Below are positions 51,995 through 64,000 of a stretch of 64,000 nucleotides of DNA, one piece after another. The notes under the pieces are model-generated. The model was given only the letters and a program-made list of their open reading frames with translations. It searched no databases and was not told the origin of the DNA. The stretch lies in contig NC_043001.1 in assembly GCF_006345805.1 (NCBI RefSeq), positions 104,718,001-104,782,000 of the forward strand, given 5' to 3'. This DNA is from Octopus sinensis (lineage: Eukaryota). The position numbers and the translations under genes were made by a program. Every line of letters starts with the position of its first letter. Within the stretch, counting starts at the first letter, position 1.

Positions 51995-53097
51995 TATATA
52001 TAATCATCCACATTTTTCTAATATATTGCGTAATTTAACATAATTTAATATAATATAATATGAGTGAAGTCCTTATACTAATTTCTTTATTGACTTTTAT
52101 TATCCTACCTACTAAAAGTTAACCTTGGATTATTTGTTTTTTGTTTATATACATTTATATATATTTATATATATATTTTGCCTACTTTGTTGTTTATGTT
52201 ATCGATTATCCATTTACCAACCATAACAAAGTCATGGCCTTTCAAAACAATAGATGGAGCAACGCAAAATGGACTCTTTCGCCTAAACACACAGAAAATT
52301 ATCCAGTCCATGAATCGAATTCTTATACTAATGAGTGCGTCACCATTATGTTACACACACACACACACCACACATACACACACACGAGATCAGTGAGTTA
52401 ATTTCTGTAGAACATAGGTCAGGAACCCGGACAAGTGTAGAAAGTCATCAAGGCACGGTAGCTGAAACTAGCATAAGATGACTATGCTTGATAAGAGAGC
52501 ACAAATAGAATCCTTTCGTGGCTGAAGACTAGCTTAGTCCTCGGTGCCTCACTTTGGTGAAGCGTACAAGAGCTAAGATGGCTTCCAGTATTGCAATGGA
52601 TTTAGAAGAACTTGGAAAACCTATGAGCATCTCCTGCTGTCTCTGTGCGAAGCAAAGCATCTCTGAAGTTTTTTATCCACATGATGTGTGCGTTTTAAGA
52701 AATGCTTCTGTAAAACACTGCGTGCTTAAGGAACCGTAAAAGAACCTCAAGAAACACGTATAGCAGAGATTTAGAAATGAGTAGTAAAGTATTAAAATAA
52801 AATTCTTTTATATGGTGTGGTGATGGGGACTGCTATCTCTAAATAACATATATTTTCTCATTGAGAATAATTCCTTTGAACCCCTGTGATGCCGGAATTT
52901 TTATTCCCTAATAATATATATACATTAAAGTATTAATTGAAAAGAGACTAATTTCATATGTTTAGCTATATGTTGGCTTTGATGAGGAGTGATATCGCCC
53001 TTGAAATTTGTCTCTTTCTAATTAATGCTTTAGTCTAATCGCTCAATAAATTGAGCCCCACGCTGTTGTTCACCTCTCTGATTTTTCATTACCTATA

Positions 53098-53470
53098 TAC
53101 TCTTTTACTCGTTTCAGTCATTTGACTGTGGCCATGCTGGAGCACAGCCTTTAGTCGAGAAAATCGACCCCAGGACTTATTCTTTGTAAGCCTAGTACTT
53201 ATTCTATCGGTCTCTTTTGCCGAACCACTAAGTTACGGTGACGTAAATACACCAGCATCGGTTGTCAAGCGATGTTGACGAGACAAACACCGACACACAA
53301 ACATATACATACATATACGACGGGCTTCTTTCAGTTTCCGTCAACCAAATCCACTCACATGGGTTTGGACGACCCGAGGCTATAGTAGAAGACACCCAAA
53401 GTGCCACGCAGTTGGACTGAACCCGGAATCATGAGGTTCGTAAGCAAGCTACTTACCACACAGCACTCCG
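53098..53470 (-). mobile_element. CORE-type SINE
   Basis: Family match. Confidence 0.85.
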
Positions 53471-53487
53471 ACGCATGTATATTTAAT

Positions 53488-53620
53488 TTTTTTTTCATTT
53501 TATCTAGTTTCAGCTCACGAGATATGGCCATGCTGGGGCATCGCCATTCGGTGTTGCTGCATAATTTTACTTCACGAATGCTTTTTAGCAATTGACATTT
53601 GGTGCATGAGAGAGTTTGAT
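53488..53620 (-). mobile_element. 3' end fragment of a LINE related to 10007-14193
   Basis: Reverse complement resembles 14070-14180 (gcaacaccgaatggcgatgccccagcatggcc..gagctgaaact). Confidence 0.8.
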
Positions 53621-53717
53621 TAGTGAGAATTTACGAAAAAAGACAAGACAAAAGATGAAGACGGGTGTGTGAACAACAAACAGATGTATTAGTTTGACGC
53701 TCGGAAAATGAGAAATT

Positions 53718-53753
53718 CTTTTACGTTTCGAGCCTACGCTCTTCGACAGAAAG
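53718..53753 (-). ncRNA. Minimal hammerhead motif (family B, A6U core)
   Basis: CTTT-CTGTCGA-A-GAGC-GTAG-GCTC-GAAAC-GTA-AAAG. Confidence 0.65.
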
Positions 53754-53797
53754 GAACAGAAATAAACTGGGGAGAGAAATATGCCAAATATGCCTAT

Positions 53798-53852
<55 letters not shown>

Positions 53853-54201
53853 GTATATGTATATATATATATATGATGATTTTGTATATCCGCGTAGTGT
53901 GGGTGTAGAGATGTGTACATGAACACAATGATGTGTGCATGGGCTCATATACGTGTGTATGTGTGTGTATATATGAGTGCATGTTTACATGTGTGTAGAT
54001 ATATATGTGTGTGTGTATATATATGTACACGTGTGTGTGTAAGTATGTATAGATATATACATATATATTTATATACACGCGAGTGTGTGCGTACGTGTAT
54101 GAATATGTGTGTACATGTGTTCATATGTAGATTCTATGAACAAAGTTTTACTTTCACCACGCCTATTGGAGTAACTTCCCTTTATTCAACGGTTTTTGTC
54201 T

Positions 54202-54257
54202 TAACTGACGAGGTGTTGGAGCAGGCTTCAACCCGACGTCCGAAACTCTGAGTTTTA
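54202..54257 (+). ncRNA. Minimal hammerhead motif (family A)
   Basis: TAA-CTGACGA-GGTG...CGTCC-GAAAC-TCTGA-GTT-TTA. Confidence 0.6.
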
Positions 54258-54278
54258 TTATGACAACTAACTGATTGT

Positions 54279-54281
<3 letters not shown>

Positions 54282-54323
<42 letters not shown>

Positions 54324-54589
54324 TATATACACACATATATATATATATACACACCACATATATATATACATACACATATATATATATATATATACACACA
54401 CATATATATATATATACACACATATATATATATATATATCTATATTATATATATATATACACACACATATATATTATATAATTACACACAAATATAATAT
54501 AGTATATATACACACATATATATATATATATATACACCACACATATATATATATATATATAAACCACATATATATATATATATTATTAT

Positions 54590-54650
<61 letters not shown>

Positions 54651-54696
54651 CACAATATATATATATATATACACACATATTATATATATATATATA

Positions 54697-54727
<31 letters not shown>

Positions 54728-54819
54728 CAACCATATATTATATATCATATATAATATATATACACATTATATAGATATATATACCCATATATATACACAT
54801 ATATATATATATATACAAC

Positions 54820-54851
<32 letters not shown>

Positions 54852-54885
54852 CACAAATATAATATATATAATATATATACACAAC

Positions 54886-54918
<33 letters not shown>

Positions 54919-55153
54919 TATATATATACACTATATATATATATATATATATAACCACACACATATATATATATATATTACACACATAATATATATATAT
55001 ACACACATATATATATATATATATATATACACAGAATATATATAGATATATACACACATATATATATATATATATATTATATACACACAATATATAATTA
55101 TATAACACACCTATATATATATATATATACACAACATAAATATATATATATAT

Positions 55154-55206
<53 letters not shown>

Positions 55207-55329
55207 TATATATATATCCACACATATATATATATATTATATACACACAGAATATATATATATACACATATATATATATAATATATATTATATATATATA
55301 TATATATAATTATATATATACACACACAT

Positions 55330-55362
<33 letters not shown>

Positions 55363-55432
55363 TATATATACACACACATATATATATATTATATATATAT
55401 ATAGATACTATATATATATTATATTAACACAC

Positions 55433-55526
<94 letters not shown>

Positions 55527-55698
55527 CACACACATATATAATATATATATATACACATATATATATATATATATACACACACAATATATATATATACATA
55601 TATATATAATATATATTACACACACATACATATATATATACACACACACATACATATATATATACACACACACATATATATATATATACACACACACA

Positions 55699-55780
<82 letters not shown>

Positions 55781-55832
55781 TATATATATATATATATACA
55801 CATATATATATTATATATATAATAATACACAC

Positions 55833-55868
<36 letters not shown>

Positions 55869-55875
55869 CAAACAC

Positions 55876-55922
<47 letters not shown>

Positions 55923-56012
55923 CACACACATACATATATATATACACATATATATATACACACAATACACACACACATATATATATATATACATATATAC
56001 ACACACCACACC

Positions 56013-56043
<31 letters not shown>

Positions 56044-56093
56044 CACACATATACACACAACATATATATATGTATATTATATACACACACACA

Positions 56094-56137
<44 letters not shown>

Positions 56138-57253
56138 TCTATATATATACACACACATATATATATCTATATATACACAACATATATAATATATTATATA
56201 CAACCACATATATATATATAATACACACACATATATATATATATATATACACACACATATATATATATATATATATACACACCACATATATATTATATAT
56301 AATACACACAACATATATATAATATATATACACACACATATATAATATATATATATACACACACATATATATATATATATATACACACACATATATATAT
56401 ATACACACAACATATCTATATATACACACACATATATATCTTATATATATATACACCACACATCTATATATATACACACACATATATATAATATTATATA
56501 TATATACACACACATATATATATATAACACACACACCTATATATAGATATACACACACACATATATATATATCACACATATATATATATAGCAACATATA
56601 TATATATATATACACATATATAATATATATACAACATATATATATATATATATACACATTATATTTTATATAATATATACATACACATATATATATATAT
56701 ATATACACACAGATATATATATATATATACAACACATATATATATATATATACACACCACATATATATATATATATATACACACACACATTATATATATA
56801 TATACACATTATAATAATATATACACACACACATATATATATATACACACACCACATATATATATATACACACACACATATATATATATACACACAAACA
56901 CATATATATATACACACACAACACATTATATATACAACACACACACACATATATATATATACACACACACACACTATATATAACACACAACACACATATA
57001 TATATACACACACACACATATATATACACACACACACACACATATATATATACACACACACACACACATATATATATACACACACACACACATATATATT
57101 ACACACACAACACACATATATATATACACACACACACACATATATATCTACACACACACACACATATATATATACACACCCACACACACATATATATATA
57201 TACACACACACACACATATATATATACACACCACACACACCATATATATATAT

Positions 57254-57300
<47 letters not shown>

Positions 57301-57333
57301 CATATATATATATTATATGTGTGTGTGTGTGTG
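54282..57333. repeat. ~3-kb compound (TA)n/(CA)n microsatellite
   Basis: Direct inspection. Confidence 0.95.
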
Positions 57334-57334
57334 A

Positions 57335-57615
57335 AATACCTCGCGTTAGTATGTTGCACTCACATTTACAAGATCGTAGTTTCAGTTCTAGAGCGGGTGG
57401 CACGTTGTATTCTTCAGCAAAAGACTATCTCACGTAGCTCTATGATCACGTGACACGTGGTACACCGTGGACATGTTCAGACGACGTCGATTTGATGGCG
57501 AGAGTTAATCGTACGGCATGAGCATTTGATCAATCACTATAGACAAATCATTTGCGTAGGTCGTTCGGCCAAAGCTGAACGTCCGCTTATCGTCTTCAAC
57601 GAGAGAGTCCATTAC
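57335..57615 (+). mobile_element. Possible diverged tRNA-derived SINE (fourth family)
   Basis: Degenerate tRNA-like head and gttgtattcttcagcaaaagact motif resembling the body of 26390/31993; (CA)n tail. Confidence 0.35.
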
Positions 57616-58329
57616 ACGCACGCACGCACACGCACACACACACACACACAGTGTACTATTCGATTATGGTAAGATCAACAAAAAAGTAGTCCATCTGGTG
57701 AAAGGTAAATAGCATTTAAAGTTTTTTTATGTGCACGTAAAAGCGTATATTGTAGGTTAAATAGTATTTAACTCTCACCAGATGGAGTACTTTTATATCG
57801 TATTTATTGAATAGTATCTATATATAATCTACCTATATGCCTATGGAAATCTGGCGTTAATTCTTGTGGCTTCGGAGTATTTTTTATTCCTATTTCTAAC
57901 AAAGTTGGAGGTTCACCGTGCCCTTGTTACGTATAATTCTTATATATGTCTATTCATATTGCCTATTCATGTTAAAGCTTGCGGCCACTAACATAGCTAT
58001 CTTTCATGAGTAATAATGTTCTTTATATATACACACACACCACATAATATAAATATATATATATATATATCTATATATTATAATATATATATATATCTAT
58101 ACATATATATATATGTATATACTTATATGTAGGAACTAAATGTATGTTTTGGCCAAGGTTTGCAACGCTTAACGCGTTCTTTACAAGAAAATTCTCTGAG
58201 AACAGGATGAGATAGTGTTCATTGATAGAAACCGGACAAGAAGATTTGCCGTTATCATATGGAAAGGACTTCGATAGAATATTCTAATCTTACGACTTAT
58301 ATGTCTTTCTAGCTCTGATATTCTAGATA

Positions 58330-58560
58330 AATATATTCCCAACTGAGTTAAAAAAACTAAAGCTTAAGTTATGGTCTAATTCCTTCCAAGTGGCCGACTG
58401 GTTTATTTTTATTAATAAGTGCACTAAATTTATCCAGTTCGACATTTCTAGTTACTATTCCTGTTTTAACCCAGTTGTACTCAATAAGGCACTTTGGTTC
58501 GCACACAACAAAGCAGGTCCCACCAGGGAAGAAATTAATGTCGTGTTAGCCACCAGAAAA
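58330..58560 (+). pseudogene. Penelope-like RT N-terminal fragment
   Basis: LWSNSFQVADWF..INKCTKFIQFDISSYYSCFNPVVLNKALWFA...ATRK. Confidence 0.75.
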
Positions 58561-58749
58561 TTGCAGCAACCTAAAATACATCCAGGTTTCCTTCAACCTA
58601 ATTCAGGGTCATTAAAAAAAAAATCGATATATTTTCTCTTTAAATATTGGTCAAGTACAACAACAACAGCCAGAAAGCCGTGAACAGAAACAACAACAAC
58701 AGGAAGAGCCGCACCTAAATTGTAGCATAATAGGTGACTTACTGAACGA

Positions 58750-60632
58750 TAGTATCTCTTCACCCCTCTCTCACTCACCACTCTCATAGCAGCCACCACA
58801 ATTATCGTCGTCGTCATCTTCATCACCACCGTTGCCACCATCGTCTTCTAACACCTCAAATACTAAAAATAAACCACTGCTTTCTTCCCCCACATCGCTA
58901 CCTCACTCCTACTGTAGTATGAAAAACCTAAAAAAGATAAATGAAGAGAAATATGTCCCCCACGACACTAACAAGAAACCCCAAAATATGCCGTTATTCC
59001 CTACGTTGCAGGTTCTGCACACGTAGTGACTGCATCTTTACACATCTATCTGGCACTAAACCCACGATCCAGACAAACACTACTAGCCATGGCCAAACCA
59101 CGCATACAGCAATAACATCAACACTACCAAGTAGTAAATTGAATGTTAGAATACGTATAACACTGAATCCCAACGCGAGAAACTATGCCTGTTGCGTGAC
59201 TGTCCCTTCACTCATCTTCCAGGGACCCGACGCACTAACAGAAATGGAGCTCCAAGCCAAAACACAAACCACAGTAAAAACACTGCCGACCGCAGTGATG
59301 CTGGTCCAGTCTTTTCACGAAGACACAAAAACAACCACAACAAAAGCCGAAACGACAACCCTATCCAACAGTGCCACCACACCTCCAGTCAAAAACCGCT
59401 CCCTAAGCAGGAAAATTCTTTTTTAGCCAGGTTGAACCTGACAAAAAGATACAAAAATACCTTTTAGCCATCACTCAATACCATCCTATGCTATTACCCC
59501 AGTGCGCCAACCCCGCACATTGCTGTCACTAACACGCAATCAGAAAAAAGTCCCCTGCAACAGTCAAAACCCAACACTATGCTAGTCTCCACGTTTCTAC
59601 TCAATGCACAAGGTATGGTGTCAGTCTCTCCATCAATGCAAAAATACGGAAGATCCATTTATTGAGAATTAGGTTGGTAACCATCCACACCACATCCCTT
59701 TCTTCATTCTTACCGAGACCCATCTTGACAACTCCTACTTGGAAGCCGAGGTGAAAGTGAGGAATTTCACAACCATCCGCACGGATCGAGTCGACAGAAG
59801 GAAGGGTGAAACTGCCATTTTCCTGCATGATTGCTTTTCGGCAGATGGAAATATGGCATTCTCCAATGGCTGCTGTGAATCAGTAACCGTGCACAACAAA
59901 ACCAATGACTTGATAGTAGTTGGGCTGTATAGGCCACCTCACAAACCCATACTGCGCTTTAATGAATGCCTCAACAGTATTAAGTGCTTTATTCACCAGT
60001 GCCATTCTAAGAACATAATTATGATGGGAGATTTTAATCTACCCTGTGTTGATTGGTTTGAAATCAGGCACTCCTAACTCAACTGATGACAAAGAAGCAG
60101 TAGAGTCACTTCTCGACTTTATGAACGAGTTTCTCTTGTCCCAACTTGTCCTTGCACCAATAAGATATCAGAACATTTTAGACCTTGTGTTTAGTAACCA
60201 CACTATTATAATACTTCAGTAGAAAAACCCCTTCTTTCAGACCATGACATGGTTCTCTGTAACTTGAGATTTCACTAGCCAAGAGCTAACCTTAGTAACC
60301 TCTCTCCAGCACACCCATTTGATACCATAGATCTCTATGATGTCGACTGGAACGCAATCATAAGCAATCTATCATATGTTGACTGGTCTTTCACACATGC
60401 ACACACCTCATCCAACATCAAAATATCTCGGCAGATCTTTGTAGACACTGTTATAAACATATGTGCTAAACACACCTTACTAAAACCTACGAAGAAAACT
60501 AAGTGCAGAATTCCCGAAAACAGAAAAACAATTATCGGAAAAATAAAAAGAACAAACAAAAAAATTAACGAACTAGAATATTGCCAACAGTCACATAAAT
60601 TCGACGGCTATCACCCTGGTCGAATAAAAAAA

Positions 60633-60633
<1 letters not shown>
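58750..60633 (+). mobile_element. 3'-truncated CR1/L2-group LINE: CCCH-type ORF1 and APE endonuclease relic
   Basis: KICRYSLRCRFCTRSDCIFTHL and LCLLRDCPFTHL; from 59579 LLNAQG, LTETHL, RTDR, YRPP, MGDFNLP, LDLVFSN, SDHDMV. Confidence 0.8.
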
Positions 60634-60669
<36 letters not shown>

Positions 60670-60674
<5 letters not shown>

Positions 60675-61165
60675 CACAAACTACGAGAGAAAAAATGCAA
60701 AATAGGACAAGTAATACAGAGAACGACCCTTCATCAGTTGTCGGCTATCTCCTCCTCATTTCCAGTATTCAACGACAATATCAATCTTCAAAGACAACTG
60801 CTCCCATAAATTCCAAAATAAAATTTAGGATTTATGGAGGGTCAAAGTAGGGAACATAAACAGGACAATGGAGTCAACGTTCACTATTTTCCTCACGTTC
60901 TGGTCTAACGACCCTCCTTGTTTGTTTTCGTTCGGCTTCCTTGTATGTCTCCTCTATCCTGTTTTTGTTGTTCCCAACTTTATGCAAGGTTACCTCCATG
61001 AATCCAAAATTTTATTTTGGAATTTATGGGAACAACTGCCTTTGAAAACTCATATTATCGTTGAATGCTCGAAATGAGGAGCAGATAGACAGCCGACAAC
61101 TGATGAAGGGTCGTTATCTGTGTTTACTTGTCTTGTTTTCCATTTTCTCTCGTTGTTTGCGTATT
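60670..61165. repeat. Fold-back unit (~200-bp diverged arms)
   Basis: acgacccttcatcagttgtcggct (~60723) vs agccgacaactgatgaagggtcgt (~61091). Confidence 0.8.
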
Positions 61166-61364
61166 TAACTCGTTTGTTTTCTTATTTCATGTTGTTTACA
61201 CAGCTGGTGACGTCTTGTACCCATATATGCATATATATATATAGTAAATCCCCATTCACCCCCCCCCCAAAAAAAACGAAGAACAAACACAAGAAATAAA
61301 CAACAACGCGAGAACGTGGTACGTGAAAAGTATTAGCAGACGCTCACTGAAGGAAAGAAAGATA

Positions 61365-61399
61365 GTTTTGCGTTTCGAACAAAGCTCTTCGTCAGAAAC
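61365..61399 (-). ncRNA. Minimal hammerhead motif (family B; site mutated to GCA)
   Basis: GTTT-CTGACGA-A-GAGC-TTT-GTTC-GAAAC-GCA-AAAC. Confidence 0.6.
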
Positions 61400-61573
61400 A
61401 GGAGACGAGGAATTCCAAGAGAAAAGGAAGACAGAGGAAAAAATGCCAACGATCCATACGTGGTTACATTTTGAAATGACACACACACACATATATGTAT
61501 ATCTGTTAAATAAAATGAGACAACAAAGTCAAGGATGTGTAGAATGTTCAGGACATTTATAAAGTGAAAGTTA

Positions 61574-61621
61574 GTCTTACAGCTGTTTCTGGCATATTAG
61601 GGGTATCCCTTGATCAGAGAC
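61574..61621 (-). ncRNA. Minimal hammerhead motif (family C, G8C damaged)
   Basis: GTCT-CTGATCA-AGGGATAC..ATGCCA-GAAAC-AGCT-GTA-AGAC. Confidence 0.6.
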
Positions 61622-62145
61622 GATGGGAGATGGTTAAATTGAGGGAAAAAGTAGAGTGTAATAGAGGGAGTTATCTTGGAAAAGGATGAAAATAAGAAGT
61701 ATAAAGGGAACTACGAGAATAAAAGCAAAAATATATGTAGGATGTTGTAGTTGCTCTTCCAGAATAAACAAGAGAGACAGAGACAGGCAGAAGCAAGGAA
61801 AATGTCCCTTGTATTTGAACACTATGCAAATATTCTTTTAAAATACTTTTTATATAATTCTTCCAAAATTTAATTGTTTTCCATACTTACAGTTGAAAAA
61901 GTCTCAATGAACGAAATCGATACTGAAATGTTTTTTATAAAATTATTTTAGCATTTTCTACCTTGAATTTTTTTTTCCAAATTATATATATATATATAAT
62001 CCTTCGACTATCGTGGGTGTTACATTCCAAAACCTCTCACAGAATTAATATCTAAAAAAATAAATAAATACCTATCGGCTTTAGAAACCCGGATATAGTG
62101 AGGGGTTACTGTACAAGCATATATATAAATCACTTTTCACTCTCC

Positions 62146-62181
<36 letters not shown>

Positions 62182-62374
62182 AGAGAGAGACTTACATATG
62201 TGCATGTATATCTAGGTGTGTGTACGCACATACACACACAAACATATAATTTGTCTAATAGCAAAATGCGAAGCTACTGCATGAATCCCAGAAATCTTGG
62301 ATGTTATCAGTTATTGACTTTTGCACTGGGAAATATGATGAAGGCGATCAAGACTTCAAGACTACTTTTGGCTT

Positions 62375-62584
62375 CAAATTTATGCACAAGGCCAGACATT
62401 TAAGGAAAGTTGCACCAGTCGATTATATCGATTCCAGTGCGTAATTGGTACTTATTTTATCGGCCCCAAAATGATGAAAGGCAAAGTCGACCTCGCCGGA
62501 ATTTGAACACAGAACGTAACAGTAGACGAAATATCGCTAAGCATTTCTCCCAGCGTGCTAACGTTTTTGCCAGCTCACCGCCTT
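62375..62584 (-). mobile_element. Nin-domain-like SINE, single module
   Basis: Family match. Confidence 0.8.
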
Positions 62585-63425
62585 ACTTGGTGCATTAGGA
62601 ATGTAAGTGAGTTGGAATATTTTCTTTTGACAATCGAAAATAGGCCGTAAACTTGACATTCTTGAAATACAATGCTTAATTTATGAAACACGTATCTATT
62701 CATTAAATAATAATCTAATTATTCGTAATATCATTTCAAAGGCTGGGCTGAAGTCGAAAGTGAAGGGTACCTCGTACATAGTGGAACCTTCTTTATCATT
62801 CTCAGATGGTTGATATTCAAACTCGACTTCGGTGAAATTCGATTCTGGGACAGTGAACTACTTATTCTCCCTCCGCCCTATTCGTCATTGTGCTTCACAC
62901 CTAATACCCTCAAGCCGAATAGTAGGTCAGTAGTAGAAGATTTTTGGGTCTTTCGTATAGTTGTAGGTCTTAAGTATAAAATGGTACAGAAGATAAAAGT
63001 AATTTATAATTGGGTGACAACAACACAACGCTCACATATCTCATAAATTATCTTGATGACCTATTTCGTGGTTGTACTGTAGAAGTAATCGCTATAAAAT
63101 ATCCTAAGCAAAACACCTTTTCAATGTAATTCAAATGCACACATTATGTTATGCTCAAACCTAATTGATTATCTGCGAGGTAACAACATCCACTGAAAAC
63201 CAGGATATCCCCAACAAATCTTAAAACTTTTCACTCGAACAGAAGCATTTAAGCCATACTACATTGTAGTCAAAGCAACCAAGATACTATCACAAATTCC
63301 AACCCATCGTCATAGTTCTTGTGGTGGTGGAAACAGTGTAGGATTGCCCCATTAAGCTATACCGTTCGATGAAAGAGACTTTTTCCTCCTCTGGCCATGG
63401 ACAGGAAGATCGTTTCCGGTAATCT

Positions 63426-63526
63426 GGCAGGGTCACCCAAGGCGGGCAGGGTCACCTACGGCGGGCAGGGTCGCCCACGGCGGGCAGGGTCTCCCAAGGC
63501 GGGCAGGGTCACCCAAGGAGGGCAGG
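63426..63526 (+). repeat. 19-bp GC-rich minisatellite x5.3 within an RTE-like 5' segment
   Basis: ggcagggtcacccaaggcg starting 63426, 63445, 63464, 63483, 63502 and partly 63521. Confidence 0.9.
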
Positions 63527-64000
63527 TAAACGGGGCTCTAGTTACCTGCATGGGGAGCAGCATAGCAGATGTGAAACCTTGGCAGAAGAACTGCCAAATC
63601 CAAAACAGATCAATGGCCAGGGTCAACCAGTTCAGTCAGAGAAATACGGCGATCACCAATAGACGTGGATGACGATTATACTGAGTTATCGAAAGACTAA
63701 TCAAGAATATAGATCGGGTAAACCAAAGTATAACAGCTTCACGTATCAAGAAAATTATTTTGCGTTTAATACTCTCTGCAAATAAACAGCAAACTTCTCA
63801 AATCCCAAATGTCAATACAAAAACTATAATTTCTATTGATAGCAATCTTACACCCCCTCACACCCCCACAACTGTGCCAATCATACATTTTAAAGACCAT
63901 ACTTACTCTCCAGAGCGAAGACGTACTTCAGTGCTGCCGCGATAGTGACCCTTTACAAGGGTTAACTTTCAGCTCTCCATCGGTTACGACGATGAGGGTT

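Noticed and set aside
23596-58245. Further degenerate hammerhead-like strings at ~5960, ~23600, ~24150, ~24820, ~41787, ~45980, ~49745, ~52978 and ~58195
   Set aside because: Only one core box present or stems do not pair; not separable from chance by eye
63426-63526. Possible CRISPR-like array
   Set aside because: Contiguous tandem units without spacers, no cas genes, eukaryotic context

Overview
AT-rich, repeat-dominated eukaryotic DNA; the SINE/LINE families and (TA)n load point to a cephalopod, probably Octopus (inferred from family resemblance, not searched). Only one host coding segment is visible: the terminal exon (minus, 23070-23427) of a GT10 alpha-1,3-fucosyltransferase, so the ~40 kb to its right is probably intron. 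The rest is transposable elements and microsatellites: a near full-length CR1/L2-group LINE whose ORF1 has trihelix-Myb plus CCCH motifs, other LINE relics (CR1/L2, Dong/R4-like, RTE-like), an IR/DR Tc1 element broken by one stop codon, Helitron-like elements, MITEs, three tRNA-derived SINE families and Penelope-like (PLE) RT and GIY-YIG relics. The most striking unannotated signal is about 17 minimal type-I hammerhead ribozyme motifs in about 7 sequence families. All have palindromic stem III, some carry compensatory U3-A8 cores, and several sit in fold-back units whose arms point outward. Almost all ORFs in the supplied track are microsatellite artefacts. Everything was read by eye; no searches or folding were run and boundaries are approximate.
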